Shown: positions 22,251 to 30,224 of the stretch, piece after piece
How the letters are laid out: each line of letters starts with the position of its first letter
How positions within the stretch are numbered: position 1 is the first letter of the stretch
NCBI GenBank assembly: GCA_030740435.1
Contig: JASLXG010000066.1
Coordinates: 24,603-88,602, forward strand
DNA: 64,000 bases
Direction of reading: 5' to 3'
Origin: Alphaproteobacteria bacterium
GTDB taxonomy: Bacteria > Pseudomonadota > Alphaproteobacteria > UBA2966
Position numbers and translations under genes: made by a program
Notes under the pieces: model-generated
The model's database searches: none
Seen by the model: the letters and a program-made list of their open reading frames with translations, nothing else
What the model was told of the DNA's origin: nothing

Positions 22251-23637
22251 CGCAGCCATCATCGGCGGCGGCATCTCGGGCCTGGCCACGGCCGAGGAAC
22301 TGCGCCGGCGGGGCCGCTCGGTGGTGCTGTTGGAGCGCCAGGTGGCGGCTGGCGGCAAGGCCTTTTCGGAACGCCTGGGCGGCTTTCTCATGGAGCACGG
22401 ACCCAGCACCGTCGGTGCTCACGTCGCGGCGGCCACCGACTGGTCGCAGCGCCTGGAGTTGGAGACCGAGCGCTGCGAGCTGGGCCCCGCCGTGCGCCGG
22501 CGCTATCTGGTGGCCGGGGGGCGTCTCGAAGGTATGGCCAGCCATCCCTTCAGCCTGCTCAGCTCGGGTTATCTCTCGCTGCCGGCCAGGCTTCGGCTGC
22601 TGGCCGAGGTGGTGCTGCCCCGCGGCCGGGAGGGCGACGACGAATCGGTGGCCCAGTTCGCCCGCCGCCGCTTCGGCCGCGAGGTCGCCGAGCGCCTGGT
22701 CGATCCCCTGGTCGGTGGTATCTACGCCGGGCGGGCCGACGAGATTTCGCTGCGTGCCGCCTTTCCGGCGCTGCATGAGCTGGAGCGCCAGTACCGTTCC
22801 GTGGTGCTGGGCGTGGCGGCGCGGCGCTGGCGCGGCGGCCGCATGCCGGGCGGCCGGCTGTTTTCCTGGCGCCACGGCGTGGCCAGCCTGCCCCGGGCGC
22901 TGCAGCGGAACCTGGGCCAAGCCTTGCGTACCGGCATCGCCGTGCAGGGCCTGGAACGCGGGCGCCGGGGCTTTAGGCTGCTGACGCCAGAGGGTGAGCT
23001 TGAAGCCCGGGCCGTGGTCATTGCCACCCAGCCCCACATGACGGCGGCCCTGATCGAGAAGCTGGACCCGACCGCGGCCGAGGCCGCCGCCGGCGTGGCG
23101 GCGCCGTCGCTGGCCGTGGTTTATCTCGGCTACCGGCGCCAGCAGGTCGAACACGCGCTCGACGGGCTGGGCTTCCTGGCGGCGGCCGACGAAGGCCGGG
23201 CCCTCAACGGCGCCCAATTTTGCTCGACCATGTTCAGCCACCGGGCGCCGGCCGGCCACGTCGCCCTGGCCGCCTATTTCGGCGGTGCCCGCAATCCTGA
23301 TCTGGGCTTGCTGCCGGCCGACGATCTGGTGGCCTTGGCGCGGCGCGAGTTTGGCGATCTGGTCGGCGCCCGCGGCGAGCCGGTGCTGGCGCGGGTGCGC
23401 CACTGGCCGCGCGGTTTGCCGCAATACGCTGCCGGTCACGTCGAGCGGGTGCGGGATTTGGCGGCGCTGCCGCAGCGCCTGCCCGGCCTTTTCCTCACCG
23501 GCAACTATTTTCGCGGACCCTCCGTGGCGGCCTGTCTGGAACTTGCCGATGAGACCGCGGCCCGGCTCGACGGCTTCCTCGCCGGGCTAGGCGAGAGCAG
23601 CGACCGGGCCCCTATCAAGGCTGCCGCAAGCCGCTGA
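22240..23637 (+). CDS. FAD-dependent protoporphyrinogen/coproporphyrinogen oxidase (HemY/CgoX-type)
   Basis: GTG 22240, overlapping the upstream gene by 11 nt. Dinucleotide fold FDAAIIGGGISGLATAEEL. HemY-like blocks VDPLVGGIYAGRADEISL and LFLTGNYFRGPSVAACL. Confidence 0.7.
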   Translation: MSFDAAIIGGGISGLATAEELRRRGRSVVLLERQVAAGGKAFSERLGGFLMEHGPSTVGAHVAAATDWSQRLELETERCELGPAVRRRYLVAGGRLEGMASHPFSLLSSGYLSLPARLRLLAEVVLPRGREGDDESVAQFARRRFGREVAERLVDPLVGGIYAGRADEISLRAAFPALHELERQYRSVVLGVAARRWRGGRMPGGRLFSWRHGVASLPRALQRNLGQALRTGIAVQGLERGRRGFRLLTPEGELEARAVVIATQPHMTAALIEKLDPTAAEAAAGVAAPSLAVVYLGYRRQQVEHALDGLGFLAAADEGRALNGAQFCSTMFSHRAPAGHVALAAYFGGARNPDLGLLPADDLVALARREFGDLVGARGEPVLARVRHWPRGLPQYAAGHVERVRDLAALPQRLPGLFLTGNYFRGPSVAACLELADETAARLDGFLAGLGESSDRAPIKAAASR

Positions 23638-23663
23638 TCGGCGTCTTCGAAGGCCGGAAAGTG

Positions 23664-23689
23664 ACGCCCTTTTTGGGCGTTATTTTTTT
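23664..23689 (+). terminator. rho-independent terminator ending the island
   Basis: ACGCCC (23664-23669), loop TTTTT, GGGCGT (23675-23680), then TATTTTTTT. Confidence 0.7.
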
Positions 23690-23790
23690 GTCTGTGCATA
23701 AATATTCCATCTTTACCTACCTTTAGACACAATATATGGTATGCCACATGAAGAATCTTGCGTAGCCCATTGTGAAGGGGGAGAGTTCGG

Positions 23791-24501
23791 ATGTCGCTCT
23801 TGGAAGAAGCTCCGGCGCCGCTCGGCCACAACAGTATTCCCTGCAGCGAAGAGCTGGTGAGCGACCGTGGGGGACGCAACAAAAAGCTGATTTTTCTTTA
23901 CGAAATTCGGTCGGAGGCTTTGCAAACCGTCGAGCGCGGCGAGATCGAAGCCGAGCACGAGGAGGACGCCTGGCGGCGCTTGCGCCTGCAACGCCTGGCG
24001 CCCAGGCTGCGCTCCAACACACGCATCTGGAGCAAGGTCGATGGCGAAAATGGCGAGCAGCGGAGGCGTTCGAACAAACTGCGGCGCCTGCTGCGCGCCC
24101 TGGCCAGCCACCACCGTTGGCTGACCGGCGGCGAGGGCGAACGCGCCGATCTCAGCGGTCTCGACCTGTCACGGGTATCGCTGCGCAATCGCGACCTGAG
24201 CCACGCCAACCTGGCCAGCAGCGATCTCAGCGAGGCCGATCTCAGCGGCATCCGCCTGGCCGGTGCCAACCTGGCCGGGGCAAATCTCTCGCGGGCCGAC
24301 CTTTCGGGGGCCAACTTGCGCGACGTCGATCTCAGCCATGTCAATTTCTGCCAGGCGGTGCTGATCGGCGCCGATCTCAAAGGCGCCGACCTGTGGCGCG
24401 CCAACCTCAGCGGCTGCGTCATCGCGCCGGCCAACCTGCACAGCGCGCTGGGCTGCCGCAAGGCGGTGGGGATGCACGAGGTGGAAGCCCCGGTTTCCTG
24501 A
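23791..24501 (+). CDS. pentapeptide-repeat protein
   Basis: C-terminal half is a run of A(D/N)LSx pentapeptides (ADLSGLDLSRVSLRNRDLSHANLASSDLSEADLSGIRLAGANLAGANLSRADLSGANLRDVDLSHVNF...). RBS GGGGGAGAG. Confidence 0.8.
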   Translation: MSLLEEAPAPLGHNSIPCSEELVSDRGGRNKKLIFLYEIRSEALQTVERGEIEAEHEEDAWRRLRLQRLAPRLRSNTRIWSKVDGENGEQRRRSNKLRRLLRALASHHRWLTGGEGERADLSGLDLSRVSLRNRDLSHANLASSDLSEADLSGIRLAGANLAGANLSRADLSGANLRDVDLSHVNFCQAVLIGADLKGADLWRANLSGCVIAPANLHSALGCRKAVGMHEVEAPVS

Positions 24502-24531
24502 ATTTTCTCTCCATTGTGATATCGTCCTGGC

Positions 24532-26739
24532 ATGAACAGGACAGATCGTCGGCGCCGGAAAAAGCTGGCAACCAAGGGCCGTTTCAAGCCCGGCGACGAT
24601 CTGACGCCGGCGCTCAAGCAGGCGGCCGAGTGGCACCGCGCCGGGCGGCTGGTCCAGGCGGCGGGGATCTACCAACGTGTTCTCGCCGCCGATCCCGATC
24701 AGGCCGACGTGCTGCACCTGTTGGCCACCATCGTCTATGAGCAGGGCGATGCAAAACGGGCGGTCGAGCTTTCCCGTCGTGCCGTGGCGCAGGCGGCGGC
24801 GAACCCCGACTACCTCAATATGCTGGGTACGGCGCTGCTCGCCCTGGGCCGGCTGCCGGAGGCCGAGACGAGTTTTCGCCAGGCCATCGCGGCGGCGCCG
24901 GGCGGAGCCGAATCGCACAGCAATTTTTTGGCTGGTGCTGCGCCGGCAGGGGCGTTTGTCCGAGGCCGAGGAATCGCTCGGGCGGGCCCTGGAACTGGCT
25001 CCGGAGTCGACCAAGATCCGCAACAACCTGGGCGTTACGCTCCTCGACCAGGGCAAGCCCGTGGCCGCTGCGGCGATCTTCGCCCAGGTGCTGGAGCGCG
25101 ATCCGGGCTATGCCGCGGCCCACAACAATCTGGGGCTGGCCCTGCTCGAGCGTGGTGACAGCGCCGCCGCCATCAGCCAGATGCGTCAGGCCATCGCTCT
25201 CGATCCCGGACTTGCCGACGCCCATTGCAACCTGGCTTCGACGCTGCTCGGCGAGGGCCGGCTGGATGGCGCAACGGAGCATATCGAGAAGGCGCTGGCC
25301 TTGGTGCCGGGCGATACCCGGGCCGAGGAGGTGGCGCTCAGGCACGCTTTGTTTAGCTGTCAGTGGAACCGCGCCCGGCAGCTGACGGCATCGATCGGGG
25401 CCGCCACCGATGCCTCCCTGGCGGCCCGGCGCCGGCCCGCCGAAAGCCCCTTTCTCAGCGTCATCCATGATCCCGACCCGCGGCGCAACCTGGCCATCGC
25501 CCAAGCCTGGTCGGCCGACCTCAACCAGCGCAGCGCCGCCGTCCTCGCGGGCAAAAAGGATCCGGCCGGATCTGCCCGCTCCGGATCCGAGCGCCTCGTC
25601 GTCGGCTACCTCTCCAACGATTTCTTCGAGCACGCCACGGCGCGCCTGATCTCCGGCTTGTTGGAGGCCCACGATGGCCGCCAGTTCGATATTAGGGCCT
25701 ACTCCTACGGCCCCGATGACGGCTCCGAGCTGCGCCGCCGCATCACTGCCGCCGCCACCGACTTCGTCGACCTCAGGGATTTCGACGACGCCGATGCGGC
25801 GCGCCGCATTGCCGACGACGGCGTCGACATCCTGGTCGATCTCAAGGGTTACACCCGGGGCGGACGCCTGGGCATTTGCGCCTGGCGGCCGGCGCCGCTG
25901 CAGCTCACGTGGTTGGGCTTTCCCGGCAGCACAGGCGGCGATTTCTTCGATTACCTGATTGCCGACAGCATCGTGGCGCCGCCGGCCGAGGCCGAAATGT
26001 TCAGCGAGACCCTGGCTTATCTGCCGGATTGCTATCAGCCCTGTGATGGCGGGCGAGAGCCACCGGGCGCGCCGGACGCGCCGGGTGTGCGGCGGGGCCA
26101 GCGCTCAGGGCCGATCTTGGCTTGCCCGAAGAGGGTCTGGTTTTCTGCTGCTTCAACCAGACTTACAAGATCGAGGCGGCGATGTTTTCCCGCTGGATGG
26201 CGGTGCTGGAGGCGCTGCCCGGATCGTCGCTCTGGCTGCTCGACGGCGGTCCCGGCTGCCGCGACAGTCTCGGCGCCGCGGCCCGGGCCGCCGGCATCGA
26301 TCCCGGGCGCCTGCTGTTTGCCCCCAGGATCGCCCAGGCGGCCCACCTCAGCCGCCTGGCCGTCGCCGACCTGGCCTTCGATACCTTCCCCTGCAACGGC
26401 CACACCACGACCTCGGACGCGCTCTGGGCCGGTGTGCCGGTGCTGACGCTGGCCGGCCGTCACTTCGCCTCGCGGGTCTCCGAAAGCCTGCTGCGGGCGC
26501 TGGAAATGCCCGAGCTGGTGGCTGCCGACCTGGACGCCTATGGCAAGCTGGCCATCAGCCTGGCGGAGGACGGCGAACGGCTGGCCGCCGTGCGCGCCAA
26601 GCTGGCGGCCAAGCGAAGGACGGCGCCGCTTTTCGACACGCCGCGCTTTGCCCGCAACCTGGAGGCGCTTTATCGCCAGGCCTGGCAGCGCCAGCTCGAC
26701 GGCCAGCCGCCGGCGCCGCTCAACCTTGCAGCACCCTGA
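24532..26739 (+). pseudogene. TPR-repeat / GT41 (SPINDLY/O-GlcNAc-transferase-like) glycosyltransferase, disrupted by two frameshifts
   Basis: The coherent protein is split over three frames. TPRs run in frame 1 up to ...AESHSNF. TPRs plus the GT41 N-lobe (LVVGYLSNDFFEHATARL...LQLTWLGFPGSTG) run in frame 2 after the T6 run at 24924-24929. The GT41 C-lobe (RADLGLPEEGLVFCCFNQTYKI...FPCNGHTTTSDALWAGVPVLT) is back in frame 1 after a shift near the G-run at 26094-26097. Confidence 0.75.
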
Positions 26740-27667
26740 TCGGCTTGCCGGCCATGAAAGCGGCGATGTCTTCCACCATCTCCGGGTAGAAAGTCTCATA
26801 GGTCGCTTCGGTGACGTAGCCCAGGTGCGGCGTCAGTACCACGTCGGACAGGCTGCGCAGCGGATGGTCCGGCGCCAGTGGCTCCTCGTCGTAGACGTCG
26901 AGCGCGGCGCCGGCGATGAGGTTTTCCTTGAGCGCCGAGACCAGCGCCCATTGCTCGATGATAGGGCCGCGCGAGGTGTTGATCAGCACCGCCGTCGGCT
27001 TCATCAGGGCCAACTCCCTGGGTCCGATGGTGCCGCGCGAGCGCTCGCTCAGCACCAGGTGCAGCGTGATGATGTCGGCCGTTGAGACCAGCGCTTCCTT
27101 TTCCAGCAACGTGGCGCCGCACTCGGCCGCCCGCTCGGCCGTCAGGTTCTCGCTCCAGGCCACCACGTTCATGCCGAAGGCGTTGCCCACCTTCGCCACC
27201 TGGCTGCCCAGCCGCCCGAGCCCGATGACGCCCAGCGTGCGCCCCTTGAGATCGAGGCCCAGCGTGGTCTGCCAACCGCCCTGGCGCATGGCTTCGTGCT
27301 CCACCGGAATGGAGCGGCAAAGCGCCAGGATCAGGCCCCAGGTGAGTTCGGCCGTGGGGTGGGCGACGCCGCCGGTGCCCGAGACGGTGATGCCCAATTC
27401 GGCCGCCGCCTCGAGGTCGATGGAGGCGTTGCGCATGCCCGTGGTAACCAGCAATTTGAGATTGGGCAAGCTCTCCAGCAGCGAGCGCGGGAAGGGCGTG
27501 CGCTCGCGCATGGCGGCGATGGCGGCAAAGGGCTTAAGCCTGGCCACCAGGGCGCTCTCGTCGCTGATGGTGTCGTTGAAGACGGTGATCTCGGCGCCCT
27601 CGAGCACGCTCCAGTCGGCGATCCTGAGCGCCAGGTCCTGGTAATCGTCGAGGATCGCTATCTTCAT
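26720..27667 (-). CDS. D-isomer-specific 2-hydroxyacid dehydrogenase family protein
   Basis: NAD fold GVIGLGRLGSQVA. Catalytic-region blocks LINTSRGPII and LTPHLGY. Confidence 0.8.
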   Translation of the reverse strand: MKIAILDDYQDLALRIADWSVLEGAEITVFNDTISDESALVARLKPFAAIAAMRERTPFPRSLLESLPNLKLLVTTGMRNASIDLEAAAELGITVSGTGGVAHPTAELTWGLILALCRSIPVEHEAMRQGGWQTTLGLDLKGRTLGVIGLGRLGSQVAKVGNAFGMNVVAWSENLTAERAAECGATLLEKEALVSTADIITLHLVLSERSRGTIGPRELALMKPTAVLINTSRGPIIEQWALVSALKENLIAGAALDVYDEEPLAPDHPLRSLSDVVLTPHLGYVTEATYETFYPEMVEDIAAFMAGKPIRVLQG

Positions 27668-27688
27668 GGCGGGGCCGGGCTCGCTGTC

Positions 27689-29242
27689 TCAGACAACTTG
27701 TTTGTCGCGGCCGGCCCAATAGGGTTCGCGCAACTCTCGCTTGAGAATCTTTCCCGAGGGATTGCGCGGCAACTCGGCCGTGAAGTCGACCGATTTGGGG
27801 GCCTTGAAATGGGCGATGCGCTCGCGGCTGAAGGCGATCAGCTCCTCGCTGGTGAGTTCCGCCTCGGGCGCCTTGACGATGATTGCCTTGACCGCCTCGC
27901 CCCAGCGCTCGTCGGGTACGCCGATGACGGCGGCGTCGGCCACCTCGGGATGCTGGTGCAGCACGTTCTCGACCTCGGCCGGATAGACGTTCTCGCCGCC
28001 CGAGATGATCATGTCCTTGACCCGGTCGTGGATATAAAGATAGCCCTCGTCGTCGACATAGCCGGCGTCGCCGGTGTGGAACCAATCGCCGCGTACCGCC
28101 CGGGCTGTATCCTCGGGCAGGTTCCAGTAGCCCTTCATGTTGAGCACGCTTCGCGTCGCCACCTCGCCGATCTCGCCAATGGGCAGCTCCTGGCCGTCCG
28201 GGCCGACGATGCGCAGCTCGACGCAGGAATAGGGCTTGCCGCAGGATTTGAGCCGCGGGCTCTGGCTGACGTGCTCGGCCGGCGGCAGGAAGGTGACGGC
28301 ACCGGTGGTCTCGGTCAGGCCGTAGACCTGGGCGAAGTCGCAGCCGAACACCGGCATGGCCTTTTCCAAAAGCTCCAGCGGCATCGGCGCGGCGCCGTAG
28401 ACGATCAGCTCGAGGCTCGAGAAATCGGTCTTTTCGACGCCGGGAACCTGCAACAGGAATAGCACCACGGCGGGCACGTAGAGCACCTTGGTGATACCGT
28501 CGCGGGGGATCGAGGCCAGGATCTCCGGGGGATCGACCTCGCCTATGATGATGGCCCGGGCGCCGGAAAAGAAGGCCATCAGGCCCCAGGCCGTGCCGCC
28601 GATGTGAAAGAGCGGCAGGACCACTTGCGTCACGTCGTCGTCGGACCAGGTACCGAGCTCCTTGGCGCCTTCGTGGACCTGCCAGAAAAGGTTCTCGTGG
28701 GTGGTCTCGGTGCCCTTGGGATGGCCGGTGGTGCCCGAGGTGTACATCTGCACGGCGGTGTCGCCGGGCTCGGGCGCGCTGTTGGGCTCGCCTGAACTCT
28801 GGCCGGCCAGCCAGTCCTTGTAGCTCGGCCATTCGGTGTGGCCGCCATCCAGCGCGATGATCTCGCGGATCGTCGTGAGCTCGCCCTGGATGCCCTCGAC
28901 GACCTCGTAGAAGTCCTGGTCCACGAACAACACCTCGGCCTGGGCGTCGTTGATGATGAAGCTGATCTCAGGGGGCGCCAGGCGCCAGTTGACCGGCACC
29001 AGGGCGCCCCGGGTCTTGCTGGCGCCGAAGAAGATCTCGAAAAAGAGATCGCTGTTCTTGCCGATCTGGGCCACCCGCTGGCCCGGCCCGATGCCGGCTG
29101 CGGCGAGACCGTTGGCGACTTGGTTGGAGCGCTCGTGGAATTGGCCGAAGCTGGTCTCGCGGCCGGCGAACTCCCAGGCCACGCGGTCGGGCCGCAGCTG
29201 CGCCTGGCGCCGCGTCATGTCGGCCAGGGTCTCGATCTCCAT
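27689..29242 (-). CDS. AMP-dependent acyl-CoA synthetase/ligase
   Basis: YTSGTTGHPKG AMP-binding motif, plus GYGLTE-like (VYGLTETT) and SGKILKRELR. ATG 29242 with GGAGGG RBS; the longer track ORF extension is rejected. Confidence 0.85.
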   Translation of the reverse strand: MEIETLADMTRRQAQLRPDRVAWEFAGRETSFGQFHERSNQVANGLAAAGIGPGQRVAQIGKNSDLFFEIFFGASKTRGALVPVNWRLAPPEISFIINDAQAEVLFVDQDFYEVVEGIQGELTTIREIIALDGGHTEWPSYKDWLAGQSSGEPNSAPEPGDTAVQMYTSGTTGHPKGTETTHENLFWQVHEGAKELGTWSDDDVTQVVLPLFHIGGTAWGLMAFFSGARAIIIGEVDPPEILASIPRDGITKVLYVPAVVLFLLQVPGVEKTDFSSLELIVYGAAPMPLELLEKAMPVFGCDFAQVYGLTETTGAVTFLPPAEHVSQSPRLKSCGKPYSCVELRIVGPDGQELPIGEIGEVATRSVLNMKGYWNLPEDTARAVRGDWFHTGDAGYVDDEGYLYIHDRVKDMIISGGENVYPAEVENVLHQHPEVADAAVIGVPDERWGEAVKAIIVKAPEAELTSEELIAFSRERIAHFKAPKSVDFTAELPRNPSGKILKRELREPYWAGRDKQVV

Positions 29243-29291
29243 ACCACCGTCCCTCCCCTTGGCGTCTCCAACGGCTGCCGAGTGTACCTCT

Positions 29292-30212
29292 TCAATCGCC
29301 GCTTGCCAGCCCCTCGAACAGCGTCGTGATGCGCTGACGCTGGTTCTCGTCCAGGGTCCCCAGCAAGACCAGCCGACTGCCCGCCGCGGCGTTCGCGGCC
29401 TCGCCGATCTGCAAACGCCGCCCGACCAGTTGCACCAGACGCGGCCGCTCGGGGGCCGGGGCAAAACGCACGATGCCTTTGCCCCGCAGCACGCCCGCCG
29501 GCAGCTCGGCCAGGGCGGTACGGAATCGGGTCTCGTCGAGGCCGCCGGGCCAGGTCAATTCGACGCTGGCAAAGGGATGTTCGGGCTCGTGATGGTGACC
29601 GCCCTGGGGCACCTTTTCGAGGCCGCGGCCGAGCAGCAGCGCCAGCGGCGCCGCCGCGTACTCGGTCTCGACGAGCGCCGCCTCGGGCGCCAACTCGGCC
29701 AGCCAGGCCCGAAGCTCGGCCCGCGCGGCGGCATCCACCAGATCGCACTTGTTGAGCAGCACCACGTCGGCTGCCTTGAACTGGCGCTCGACGGTGTCGC
29801 TGAGGCGGGGATCGGCGGCGCGTTCGCGGATCTCGGCGGCGTCGGCCAGCACGATGGTGGCGTCGGGGGTGAGTTCGGGATGCAGGATCGCGACCTCGGC
29901 GATGGGCCTGGGATCGGCCACGCCGCTGGCCTCCACCAGCAGGTGCTCGGGTTTGTCGGCGCCTTGCATCAGGCGCATGACGGTGATCAAGAGGTCGTCG
30001 CCCAACGAGCAGCAGATGCAGCCGTTGGCCAGCGTGATGGTGTCGCCGCCATGCTCGACGATCAAATCCCCGTCGATGGCCAGGTCGCCGAAATCGTTGA
30101 CCAGCACGGCATAGCGCACGCCGCCGGCCTGGCGCAGCAGGTTGTTCAGCAGCGTCGTCTTGCCGGCCCCGAGAAAGCCGCCGATGACCGAAAGCGGAAC
30201 CAGGGGTGCCAT
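29292..30212 (-). CDS. COG0523 (CobW/HypB/UreG-type, G3E) metallochaperone GTPase
   Basis: P-loop GGFLGAGKTTLLN. GCICCS metal-binding motif. NKCDL. His-rich stretch GGHHHEPEHP. Confidence 0.8.
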   Translation of the reverse strand: MAPLVPLSVIGGFLGAGKTTLLNNLLRQAGGVRYAVLVNDFGDLAIDGDLIVEHGGDTITLANGCICCSLGDDLLITVMRLMQGADKPEHLLVEASGVADPRPIAEVAILHPELTPDATIVLADAAEIRERAADPRLSDTVERQFKAADVVLLNKCDLVDAAARAELRAWLAELAPEAALVETEYAAAPLALLLGRGLEKVPQGGHHHEPEHPFASVELTWPGGLDETRFRTALAELPAGVLRGKGIVRFAPAPERPRLVQLVGRRLQIGEAANAAAGSRLVLLGTLDENQRQRITTLFEGLASGD

Positions 30213-30224
30213 GACCGGCGGCGG

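Noticed and set aside
24924-24929. Possibility that the T6 run is a programmed +1 ribosomal frameshift site in the TPR/GT41 gene.
   Set aside because: I recognise no known stimulatory context. A second, unrelated compensating shift is needed about 1.17 kb downstream, which fits decay or sequencing error better than recoding.
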